This document shows positions 48,201 to 60,282 of a stretch of DNA of 64,000 nt, in pieces. The DNA is from Mytilus edulis (Eukaryota). Below the pieces are notes generated by a model, which was not told the origin of the DNA, ran no database searches, and was given only the letters and a program-made list of their open reading frames with translations. Position 1 is the stretch's first letter. Each line of letters begins with the position of its first letter. The stretch spans positions 1,798,001 through 1,862,000 of the forward strand of contig NC_092355.1 of assembly GCF_963676685.1 (NCBI RefSeq), given 5' to 3'. The translations under genes and the position numbers were made by a program.

Positions 48201-51092
48201 CTTTCGGCATGTAATTTTCCCTGCACTGCACTGGTGACGACTGGTCACATTCGAAGTCAAAAAAGATGAAAAATTTGTCTTTTATTTCCTTCTTTAGACT
48301 CCTCATGTAACACCTGTGGTTTCCGAAGACGACCTCAGTACAATTTTTACAGGTCCACTCGCCGCACTCGTGGGGATTTTCCAGCAAGTTTCTGTTTCTC
48401 CGGTCGACTGTTTTATGGCACTTGATGCAACGCCAATACTTGGAACATTCAGATAGACTGTCTCTGGCGTTCAGCGTTTGACGTTTCCCCTTCTCCTCTG
48501 GTGTCAACTTGTGGTACTGGAAACACTCCATAGAACGACATTCCATACGGCAGGACCTGCAAGATACAGGATCATCCATCACCACACATTCGTCACTTCG
48601 CTTACAAATTAAGCAGGGTCCACCACATGCATGCTTTGCGACGTTACTGTACGGTTTCAGACATTTCATACAAAAGTAGTTGTTTGAAAAGAAACCGGTT
48701 ATCGTATTGATGGCGTGGAAATGGTTGCCGTCCACCAGATAAAGAAAGATACATGGTCTGTCCGACTGTGCTCCTATTCGACAGAATCTGTTGCCTAACG
48801 CTGAATCGATGACGAGTATTCGAAGGTGTAAAACGTCTTCGAATACTGAGATGTCTGTGATGGTACAGGGTCGGTCCAGTGGCAAACCTACTTTACTTGT
48901 TAGGGCAGCTGCCAACTCCCTCTGTTCTCTGCTATTCTTTTTTCGTAGATTTTCGTAGTGGGTTGACGGCATCTTCCCCGTGTCTAATATCAGTTGCAAA
49001 TTAGACCTTCCTTTCCTTTCTTTCGTTATTTTCCGCCATTCTCCTCGAGGACAGACATTCTGCTTGGCCCAACAGACAGCGATGGCCCTGGCAAGACATA
49101 AATTGTCATCGTTTACAATTTCCACGATGGCTTTTTTTCTGGACAGCGAATTGTTATCTCCTCTCAGCTGTGTAAAATGTAATCTTTTACCCCCTTTAGG
49201 GATATCGATGACACCCACGTCTATTCTGAAGTCCACGTTTAAGGCCAGTTCTTGGTGACTGTTTAGAACTTTCATCACGTACTCCAGGACACAGGAGGGT
49301 GTCAGCTCACCAATAGGTCTTAATGAAACGACTATGGGTTCCACGTCTGGATGTTGGATGACCACTCTACCCAGGTCTTTCGTATCCATTCCTCGGGTCG
49401 CCTCACGAATGACGTCTTCAAACATTTTCATGAGGTTAGCATGAATATCTAACAGACGCTGGCCCCTCCATTTCTCATTAAATGTAACCCCGTATACATT
49501 TTCCATCGCCTTGTTTTTAAATGTCTTCGACGATTTTAGGTGTATTTCATAAGCGTCTTCGTCCCCGCACCCTTCTTGTTGAGACGTGTCGTGGCTAAGC
49601 GGGGAGCTCGATGGCACTGCTTCGTCCCCGCACCCTTCTTGTTGAGACGTGTCGTGGCTAAAATGGGAGGTCGATGGCACTGCTTCGTCAGGAGTACCTC
49701 TTTCTTTTGCATGTTCTTCTTTGTGCTTCACTAGATCTTCGTTCTTTTTGAATCGTGCGAAACAAACACTGCATTGGACTGTTTTCCCGCCTGTCTTCGG
49801 TTTACCTATACCACAAAATAAAATAAATCTGTTGTAAGTTATCGTTTATCAATTACTGTTCATTCAGAAAATATTTATTAATCAATTTTAGACTTAAATA
49901 CGATTTTTATCTTAACATTTTTCAGAAACATCCTGTTTGATGCACATTAAATTTTTCAAAATTATACGGGTTTCAAATATTGCTTCTACCACTCTTTCCC
50001 ATTTAAAAAAAATATAGTCTTTGAAGGCCGTACGGTGACCTATAGAAACAATTACAATTAGACTGTAATCAACTTACCACTTTTATTATCCATTTTTTCT
50101 TCAATACTTTGGGCACATTGGTATAGCAAAGTGTTTTCTCCCTCATCTGGAAAAAAGAACTTAGAATTAAAATACATGTAATCTTACTCCCAACAATGAT
50201 GCATTACGTTTTAATACATGTATTCGTATTCTATAAGATATGTCTCTATGTATAATACGTATTTGCTAAAATTTATTATTTTCAGAAAAATCCTGTTTGA
50301 TGCACATTAAATATTTTAAAATACGGGTTTCAATTATTGCCACTACCACTCTTTCCCCATTAAAAAAATATAGTCTTTGAAGAAAAGAAAAACATTGTGT
50401 ATGTTACCTTCAGTAAACAAACAATTACAATTAGACTGTAATCAACTTACCACTTTCATTATCCATTTTTTCTTCAACACTTTGGGCACATTGGTATAAC
50501 AGAGTGTTTTCTTCCTCATCTGAAAAAAAAGAATTTAGAATTAAAGTAAATGTAATCTTACTCCCAACAATGATACATTACGTTTTAATACATGTATTCG
50601 TATTCAATAAGATATGTCTCTATGTACATGTATAATACGTATTTGCTAAAATTTATATAATTGTAGGAGCATACTTCATTTGCATAATTTAAGATGATAG
50701 GGATAACAAAGAAAAGAAACTCACCAAATAAGATTTCCATTTCTGCGTCTTTCATCCTTGAACAATAATCACAGTGTATCTTTAAGTGTTCCTTACATCT
50801 AAAAGCAAACACATTTAAAGTTATTAAAGACATACACTCTAAATTAAGATTATAAACGCAATGGTTCTAAAAATAAATAAATGTTTGTACTTTAACATTT
50901 ATAATATATATACTAGACTTGCATGATTTTTTTTAATTATTTTTCACACAAATTATTTTGTTACTAGACATTACTTTATTTTAAAAAAAATGTGCAAAAA
51001 TTGAAAAACATTTAAAAAAATACTTACATATTGCTTTCTATGTACTCGGCATCGGCAAACAATTGATCGTTATCTTCAGGGGAAAAATCCAT
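45215..51092 (-). pseudogene. polB: Protein-primed family B DNA polymerase polyprotein, spliced (exons 51092-51028, 50798-50725, 50519-50451, 50146-50078, 49805-45215); one frameshift and one stop
   Basis: C2H2 finger; vOTU-like DNLCLARA..NHFHAI; exonuclease FFDFE / AHNLQGYD / YCRDDV; VSR-like DGY..YEFLGCRWHGC; polymerase DFTSLYP, KLCLNSFWGKFGQ, YHDTDS. Frameshift at ~47660 and TAA at 47327-47329. Confidence 0.92.
49915..50657. repeat. ~365-bp tandem duplication containing one 69-nt PolB exon per unit
   Basis: TTCAGAAA.ATCCTGTTTGATGCACATTAAA at 49921 and 50281; exons at 50078-50146 and 50451-50519. Confidence 0.9.
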
Positions 51093-51868
51093 TGGTTTTT
51101 TTTCTTGTTCGTGAATAAATTGAACGTTATCGGTTGATTCGAATTCTGTTGTAGAATTTTGAGAGTTTTGAATATAATTCTAACTTATATAGGTGATATT
51201 ACAGAAGAAAGGTGACATTATGATTAATGATTTCTTTGCTATAGAAGCATAATTACAACACAAAGAGAGATCAAATACATGCCGATAGGAACAGTATACG
51301 GTCAAATAAAGTACAATTTGTGACAAACGTCCAGAAAATGACTTACATGTTCTTCCTGTTTAAGATCATTTCATATTTGTATTCGGATTGTACGACAGAA
51401 TATATTGTTAGTCTTTTATTTACAGAAATGATATTAACAAACGTGTGTTTAGTCTAATATTATTTTTTTTCCATGTTCAAATCTTGAATTTTCTTACGGG
51501 TTCATACAATTTGAAAAAAAAATGTTAAAAGAAACATATATTTTATATAAACCTTCTTTTTGAAGGTATACACATTTATTTTGTGTATTTATTTTGACAT
51601 TTAGTGCTATGTAAATATATTTATATTCTTTTTTCATTTTATATCCAAATTAATTTTGAGAAATACTTTTTCTTGACTTGTACATGTATAGCCTAAAGGT
51701 TAAAATTGTTACACTTTATCCTGGGATTATATTCTTTGGTTCTCTAATTAGCTAATTGGTAATGTAACAACCATGTCATTACATCTTCTTACAGTACTTT
51801 CGTGTATTTGACCAAAAATCCAGACCCACAAACCTCCTTTTCTATCTATAAAGAACATATTAATCATC

Positions 51869-52828
51869 TGTACTTCCTGTTTAAAATCATTTCGTTCTTG
51901 GATCTCGGACTGTGCAGACGTATTTAAGGTTAGTTAAAGAAAAAAAAATGTTTACTAAGAGCATTTATTTATCAAGTATTCAACCAAAATATTTTGACAT
52001 CTGAAATATTTATTTTTATGCTGTTCTAAACTTTGAATTCATAAAATCAAAAAAAATGTGAAATATGTATATATATTTATATACACTTTCTTCTCGAGCT
52101 ACAACAAGTTAAATGTGCAAAATTAAATGATACAAGACAGATATTTATTTATATAAAATGTCTTCTCGAACTATATAAAGTATATTAATAATAACTATTA
52201 GATTATTTTTCCTTCATTTAATATCTAAACTAATTTTGATATAAACATTTTTTTCTAGTTGTATCGCCTTAGGGTTTAATATGTTAGACATGATCAGGTG
52301 ATTATATCATTTGTTTTACTAATTAGAAAATTGTTACAAACATGCTATTTCTTAAAGTTCCTTCATGTTCTTAACCAAATAACGAAAAATCCAAGGAAAA
52401 AGACCCTTCTCTATCTTCATAGAAATTGTAAATGATTTGTGTATACATTAGATTATTTTTTTTTTTTTTTTTTTTTTTTTTATTATTATTTTTTTTTTAA
52501 ATTTAACTTATTTTATTTCAATTTATAATTATTTGTTTTTACTTTGTAATTTCTCTCTCTTTCATATATACCATGTAAAGGTTCCGTATGCTAACATGTA
52601 CTACAATGACAAACATTTGAGAGTTTTCTACGTATAACGTGATAGTAAAACATGTTATTACATCATCTTGTAAAACGCTCAAGTATTTGAATCAACAGGT
52701 AAGGAAAACGCTATAGTTTGTATGTTAACATGTACGACAGGTGAAAAAATGTGATGTCATCATGTTATTACCTAATATGGTAAAAACCCTATAAAATTCA
52801 AAAACCCTATAGTAATATACATACTACT
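51869..52828 (-). repeat. Polinton right terminal inverted repeat
   Basis: Reverse complement of 36690-37652; ends in ACTACT. Confidence 0.95.
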
Positions 52829-55701
52829 AACATGGCTAACTTTTTTACCTCCCGCCTTACGCTTAATTTTTCCCATCCCGTCTCCCTGTAAATAGCGTTT
52901 CGTCTAGCATAACTTGGTAATCCAGTAACTACGCGAGCAGCCTCGATTTGAATATTTTCTATCCGATCAGAATTTGTGTTCCCACAATTATCCCAAACTT
53001 CTGATGAATACTCAAGTATCGGACGAATAAAAACCATATAAATTTTTTCCAAATAATCCCTTTTTAATCGATATTTTAGTTTGCGTAAAACATTAAGCTG
53101 CTTCGTAGTTTTCTCAATCAGTTTATCAACATGCTTATTCCATTTACAATCATTACTAAATATGACACCTAGGTGTTTGTGCGCACTAACTGGTTTCAAT
53201 GTAGCACCTCCAAAATCAAAAGTAATATCACTGTATATATTTTTCAAACTAAATACCATAATATCAGTTTTATTAGGGTTAAACTTCACTAGCCATTTTT
53301 CTGACCACTTACTTAAATAATCAAGATCTCTACTGATTGAATTTTTCAAAGTGGATTCATCAGGTGCAGTATGACCTATTGAAGTATCATCTGCAAAAAG
53401 CCTTCCGAATCCAGACATACCACCAGCTATATCATTTATGTATATTAAAAACAACAAGGGTCCTAATACTGACCCCTGAGGCACACCAGCGTTAAGTTTT
53501 CCAATGTTTGATAACGAATCTTTTATGACAACTCTCTGAGATTGTCTAGACAAGTAACTTGTCAACCAACATAGCAAGTCTCCTTTAATACCATATTTTT
53601 CAAGTTTATGTAATAAAGCCTTAATCCAAACAGTATCAAATGCTTTGCTTATATCAGCAAATGTAATGCTTGTTAAAAGCTTTTCATTTAGTGCACTCGA
53701 AATTTTGTTATACAATTCTATTAACTGATGCGAAGTTGAGTATCCTGGAATAAATCCGGATTGATACTTGTATAATAATTTATTTCCATGTAAATGGTTA
53801 AAAATATTTTTGAAAACAATCTTTTCTAAGACTTTACTCACACATGACAATAAGGAGACTGGCCTGTAGTTAGACGGTAATGACTTGTCACCACTTTTGA
53901 ATAAGGGAATAACATGTGCAATCTTCCATTGGTCTGGAAATATTTTGTCATTTAAAGATTTGTTAAAAAGTAGACATAATGGTTTGGAAATTTCATTTTT
54001 AACGGCAAGTAACATTCTGTTGCTAACGATATCTGGCCCAACAGCTTTATTAACATCGAGCGTTGAAAGAATATCAAGTACATCTTGTTCACTAACTACA
54101 ATTTGTGAAATAAATTCAAGACATCGGTCGTCAAATTCCGGCAAATCTTTACTTGCGCCATCTAAATTAGAAATTGAACAAAAATATTTATTTAAAATGT
54201 CGGACTTTTCGGTTCCCTCATACGCAAGTTTAAAGTTGTGATCAAGGTCCGTCATGGGTGGTAAATCATGAGACGGTGTATCACTTTTAATTAACATGTT
54301 AACCGTTTTCCAGTATTGTTTACAGTTGGTAACTTTTAGTTCATCTAAATTTTCATTAATACTGGTAAAAAAATATTTTTTAGCTTGCTTTTTCAAGTTA
54401 TTTACTTTGTTTCTTTGTTGTTTAAATTTCTTTTCTGCGGATGCACTATTTGAGCGAATAAAAATATTACGAAGCCTGTCGCGTTTTCTCAATTCACGCC
54501 GCAAATTTGAATCATACCAAACTTTATCGTCACATCTTATAGTTACTTCCCTTGTAGGTATGCACTCGGAGGCTATATTAAGAAATGAGTTCGTGAAATT
54601 AGTCGCAGCAACATGAACATCACTTGCATCAGAAATTAAAAATTCCCAATTTGTTTCAACTACTTTTTGTTTCATAAGGTCATAATCACCTTTTTTGTAA
54701 TCCCATATCGATCTATTATAAGTTCGTCTTTTACTAAAACAACAATTAATTGTGACGTATGTTCCATCATGATCACTAATACCTCTATCAAAAGGTATTG
54801 TGTCTTTATCTAAAACCGGTATCGAATCAGTGACTAAAATAGGATCAAGTAAAGACGTGCTACCTGTTCGTGTGTCAAAATGAGTAGCTTTGTCAATTAT
54901 GTTAACAAGGCCATTGATGAAAAAAATATCTCTTATATTTGACGGTAGATCTGACATAAAGTTTTTATTCAGGTCACCTAAGCAAATTATGTTATTATTT
55001 TCATCCATGGCATTTTTCAACATTTGATCAAAATACTGCCAGAAATAAACTGAAGATTGCCGTTCCGACCTATAATTGATGTTTATCAATATTGATCGCA
55101 ATTTAGTTTTTAACTCAAACCACATACTCTCAAGTTGGCAATTCTCCAAATCATGTCGACGAGTTATGCGAACGTAACTTTTATAATACATAATAATGCC
55201 ACCCCCATGAGAATTTCTTTCTTTTCGAACTGGTATTTCAAAACCGGATATATATAAATCAGAATCTGTAATATTTGAGTCTAAATGGGTTTCTGTCAAG
55301 AATACGACATCGTAATCTTCAATAATATCGACAATATAATTCAGTTTATTTCTAAGGCTTCTTATATTACCATGGAAAATTGACAATGTTTTCTCAGATA
55401 TTTCTGGTGTGCGCTCAGGACCCGGGTTCGGTTCGATGTCACCACATATTAGCAACAACCATAATAACAGTATGTACAATGAAATCATATAAGCAGAAGA
55501 TCTGTATAAATTAAAAATACATAGTTTGAGTCTTGAAATATGCGTAAATAAAACGGCAAGTAATTCATACACTGAGAAAGATACAAATGTTTTTCTCAAA
55601 CAACCCAGACTTATCTTGTGATAAAACAGTCCTATTGTCATTCTATATGCTACGATGTCATTACCCATTGTCAAATACAAGACAATACATGTAAATGACA
55701 A
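52829..55701 (-). pseudogene. CR1-type ORF2 (2A-like peptide, APE and RT), N-terminal 957 aa
   Basis: CGDIEPNPGP, NIRSL, LTETHL, GDLN, SDH, GPD, NYRPVSLL, DISKAFD, GVPQGSVLGP, FADD. Confidence 0.93.
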
Positions 55702-56420
55702 TTAGAAAATAGGACTGCTTTGTAAAACATGATGCAAGATATAAACACATATAAATCGAATGATCATTCATGAAATTCAGGAAAATAAAAAATAAGGGAC
55801 AACAAAAATTTATGTACAAAAGGCAAAATTGGAACATCATAAGAATTTTCGATGCAATTGTAATGAAATCAGAGAGATCAATTTAGTTAAGATGAATTTA
55901 GTTTCGATGTCATTTGAGGGGGCGGAAACAATAATCAAATAAATCAGAAAACAAAATGTGAAGTTTTTCAAAAACGGAAGATCATTTGTGAAGTGTTAAT
56001 ATAAGGTAAATAGATTAATCTATCTTTTCATTTAATCAATACAGGTAAGCTATAAAAACGTTTGAAAAACGATCATTATTAAAGTTACAGGAGCGTAATA
56101 AGTTCACGTGTATGTAAGTTATTTAAATCACTCAAGTGTAAAGAGTTGAGTTATAATTTCATGTCACATGTTTTAAATTGCAAATAAATGAAATATAAAT
56201 AAACAAACACAGACACGTGATACTTAACACGTGTAGCGAGAAAAGAAATATTCAGCACAGCAATACATAGAAAACGAATATAATTATCTATACAAGACTA
56301 GTGTATATAATCAAATTGATAAAACAATAATTTAAGAATCGTGTTATTTATACAAATGGCAGTCAACGGACTTATACAAATGGCAGTCAACGGACATAAG
56401 ACTATGATGTAACGGAATGT

Positions 56421-57305
56421 CTAATCCTCTTTCTGGTCATCACCTTCAAGGACTTCCCCACCAAGCTTATATATGTCCTGCCTAGAAATTACCACTTTCG
56501 GACGAGAATTCTCAGATTGTTTAATCAATATGGACCTGTCATGTGTCCAACTCGAATTTATTTGAACTTTCTTACGCAATGTGTTAAGTCTGTGCAGAAG
56601 ATTGTATCTGTGTTTTGTAAGATTTTCAGCAATGAAATTTTTGTTTGTGTTTCCTTTTAATTTGCGTTTATTGCTGAAAACCAACTGCCTTTGACGATAC
56701 GACAGGAACCGTACAATGATGGAAATTTTTCCGTCTTTAATCTCACCTATGGGATGGGATCTGCCAATATCTCTCGTGTCTAACTTCAATTTCAATTGCT
56801 TATGGCAAATACCAAGGATAAGGGAATCTGTGTCTATAGGCTTGATAATATCGCCTTTGTCGTCAGTTGGTGCAGGAACATTATGGAATCGTAAACTGGT
56901 TCTTCGAGAATACTGTTCCTGTTCCTCGACTCTGGCTTCGATCTTATCTAATTTGCGATTTAAAGAATTTATTTGCTCTTTTTGATTTTTAAGTTCAACA
57001 TCTTTCAAAATAAGTGCTTCTTTATTGTGTTTAATAGTAAGTAAATGAGGCTGAATACATTCGTCAACGATCAGTGCAATTTTAGGTTTGACCATTTCAA
57101 TTACTTTTTCAGTGATGAGAGGAATGATGGAGTCTAAAAACTCTTGATTTTTTAGCGTAGCACAAACAACATCAGATAGCTTGAATACAGTTTCATTTTC
57201 AATTGATGATATTATCTGTTCAGAACTGTCATGTTCAGAAACGATAGAGCCACTGATAGATGAATCAAGGTTGGCTGTTCTTGCTACCTTTTCAACTTGT
57301 TGCAT
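56421..57305 (-). CDS. ORF1p of the CR1-type LINE (coiled coil plus RRM-like)
   Basis: EEQEQYSRRTSLRFHNVP, DIGRSHPIG, IIVRF, FIAENLT. Confidence 0.85.
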   Translation of the reverse strand: MQQVEKVARTANLDSSISGSIVSEHDSSEQIISSIENETVFKLSDVVCATLKNQEFLDSIIPLITEKVIEMVKPKIALIVDECIQPHLLTIKHNKEALILKDVELKNQKEQINSLNRKLDKIEARVEEQEQYSRRTSLRFHNVPAPTDDKGDIIKPIDTDSLILGICHKQLKLKLDTRDIGRSHPIGEIKDGKISIIVRFLSYRQRQLVFSNKRKLKGNTNKNFIAENLTKHRYNLLHRLNTLRKKVQINSSWTHDRSILIKQSENSRPKVVISRQDIYKLGGEVLEGDDQKED

Positions 57306-58451
57306 AGATGGCGATAAATTGTCGGGACTACTGGATGGTTGTAACCTTTACCTAAATACTGATATTGCATTTAAACACAATGCATATTGCAATACAATTA
57401 ACTATAATATGTATATGTGCAGTTTGTTATGAATCCAACATCAAACTTAAATTATCGTACAGATTATGTTGACCAAAATTAAATCTAATAAATGACGGCG
57501 GTGATTAATTTTTGTTTCCATAACACATAAATATAATAGAAAAGACGTCAACACATTTGACAAAATCCGATGAGAATTACAAATATAACATTAAACATTT
57601 AAACTAAATACATGAGTTTGGGATAGACAAGTACCTAGTCAATAAGATTAGAGTAGAGTGCACCCTTACGAGCAGTGTTCTAACTTACAACATCAGTGTT
57701 GTCTGGCTAGTCATTTCAGTAGTAGATTTACTTAGACCACGTAGCCACAGAGGCCCCCACGTCATAATGATTGATTAGTTGATTGTTGGTTGCTTTACGC
57801 CGCATTAGCACAAAAAGTCCATATCGCGGCGAGCCCACGTCATAATGAGAACAGCACCAAAATAAAAACAATTCCAAAAAGAGTAGCGGGATTTGAAAAA
57901 AAAATATTTTATAGAAGACTTATTTCAATAAATTATATTTTAGATGTATTTCATTGCAACGTTGTGATCTTTAAAAGAACCTACTATTACGAAAACTATG
58001 TATTTGAGATGAGAGGAATTTACGCAAACTATTTTAAACGTGAATAACAAGCATATACAAAAAATAACATCTCTTCATTCAAATATTATTTTGTTACTGT
58101 TCTTTCCATCATAAACATCTGAAAAGTTTAAAAATAGACAAACATCGTTTATTTATTTGCTTAGCAATTTCATAATTCTTTCGCGGAAATCAAGTCGTTT
58201 ACTAGTCCTTATTTCAAAATCTGTTCGTTTATTCTTCATACATTTAATTTTCTTCGGAGTAGAAAATGTTGGTGATTTTTCTTTTTTCTTTTTTAAAGTT
58301 TAGCAATTTGTTTTTACATTAGTTAACATATTTCAATAATAGACTCATAACTTTTCATTTGTTTCTTACGATAGGACTGAAACGTACCTAATTTAAGTCA
58401 TCGGGAAACAATACGATTACAATATAGAACAAATGTTATATGATTGTATTG

Positions 58452-59110
58452 AAAGAGGGACGAAAGATACCAAAGGGACAGTCAAACTCATAAGTCCAAA
58501 ACAAACTGACAATGCTATGTCTAAAAATAAAAAAGACAAACAGAAAAACAATAGTACACATGACACAACATAGAAAACAAAAGAATAAACAACACGAACC
58601 CCACCAAAAACCAGGGGTGATCTCAGGTGCTCCGGAAGGGTAAGAAGATCCTGCTCCACATGTGGCACCCGTCGTGTTGCTTATGTGATTACAAATCCGG
58701 TAAATAGTCTAATTCGGTAGGTCACATTCATGAAAGGGAAGGGGATTGTAGTTACGACGTAAAGAACATATCCGATATCATATGTGAAACGGTTATTCCA
58801 TAACGGTCAACCAACTCATGATGGCGTCCGTAAAATTTACGAAGGGATGATTTCAACTTCACCATTTGGAACTCTTGGTTTAATAGCTTCCTTGTGAGCA
58901 GTAACCCTCTATCAAGAAAATCATGATAGGAAATGCAGGCACGGGAATATCGTATCAATTGGGAGATATATACCCCGTATGCAGGTGCTGCTGGAATGTT
59001 GCTACTTAGAAATGGAAAGTTCACAATTTGAAAGCTGAAATCATCTCTTTTGTCGTAAAGTTTTGTTTTCAACCGACCCTCATTGTCAATTTCTAGATGT
59101 AAGTCAAGAT
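58452..59110 (-). mobile_element. 5'-truncated Penelope-like element copy
   Basis: Near-identical to ~10780-11430 (LDLHLEIDNEGRLKTKLYDKRDDF..). Confidence 0.85.
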
Positions 59111-60228
59111 TGAACAAATTGTTATTTATAAGTTCATAACATGCATAAAATCGTTATTTTTTTTTGTGAGAGTATTGGTGTTGGTAGAGGTTATTTACAG
59201 AATAATTATGATGCGTGCCGATATCAAATAATAATCCTTTTTCATTCTGCAGTACCATATATTTTTAAGCGTATTGATTGTCATTACAAATGTCATTCGT
59301 TCGTATCACTTTTCTAGATTTACCTGTATAAGTACGCCAACGCCCTGTATTTGAATGATGTTTACGAAATAATTAAAACCAATGGTAGTATATGAAAAGC
59401 CATATAATCATAATAGAATTTTAGAAATAGCAAAATCAATCTAAGATGATATTTGCCAGATGGAATTGAATCATAAGTTTCTTTGTCATTTAAAAATTTA
59501 AAAATGTCAATGTTTTCAAAATGTTTGTTTGAACGTATTTCGTGAAAAATTGTCAAAAGTAAAATCACAAAAATACTGAACTTAGAGGAAGATCAATTGG
59601 GAAAGTCCATAATCACATGGCAAAATCAAACAAAACGCATCAAAAACGAATGGACAAGAACTGTCATATTCCTGACTTGGTACAGGCATTTTTAAATGTA
59701 GAAAATGGTGGATTAAACCTGGTTCTATAGCACTAACCCTCTCACTTTAATGACAGTCTCATCAATTTCCGATATTTTTACATTGATGCGTTAAATAAAC
59801 AGACACAATAAATAAAATAGTCAAAATATGGGTACATCAGTCATCATCGTTTAACAATTTTAAAAGGAACAATTTAACAGAACACAAAAACATCTACTAT
59901 CTACAAAGGGACAATGATGCCACATATCTTTATTTGTATATAACTATATATAACTTTCAAGTGTCAAAACGTGGAACGCAATTTGAGTACAGTAATGTAC
60001 TTAATTATAGAAATGCTTCTAACCTTTAATGTATACCTTGTGAATATGTCCATCTGATAGACATATCAAGTCGATTGGTGACTAACAATCATAATAATTT
60101 CCATTCGTGAAGGCTCCAAAAGGTTGTCACTATCAATAGATAAATTAGTTCTTCAACAATTTGACAATAACTTAATGAATGAATGTTATTTTATAGAATT
60201 TCCTTCACACAGACCTCTTATCGACTTT

Positions 60229-60235
60229 TATAAAT
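60229..60235 (+). promoter_or_regulatory. TATA box of host gene 3
   Basis: TATAAAT 54 bp upstream of the ATG at 60283. Confidence 0.55.
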
Positions 60236-60282
60236 GACAGGATTCCGAGGATTTAATTTACACTTGCGAAAACACAGCAAAA

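Larger units (their letters stand above)
36690..52828. mobile_element. Complete Polinton/Maverick (endogenous polintovirus), 16,139 bp
   Basis: AGTAGT...ACTACT termini, ~960-bp TIRs, 6-bp TSD AACATG (36684-36689 and 52829-52834), and genes for PolB, INT, ATPase, MCP, mCP and PRO. Confidence 0.97.
28801..57480 (-). mobile_element. CR1/L2-group LINE, interrupted by the Polinton (in ORF2) and probably by the L1/Tx1 element (in the 3' UTR)
   Basis: ORF1 56421-57305; ORF2 split at the AACATG duplication; CR1-like 3' end (GGAGAAGAC..TAAGTTG..AACTTGTG..AATAAAATATGTTTAAACTA) at 28801-28880 on the minus strand. The 5' boundary is approximate and linkage of the 3' end is inferred. Confidence 0.75.

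Noticed and set aside
57480-57640. Target-site duplication for the CR1-type LINE
   Set aside because: I found no convincing direct repeat matching the 28790-28800 flank, so the 5' boundary is left approximate.
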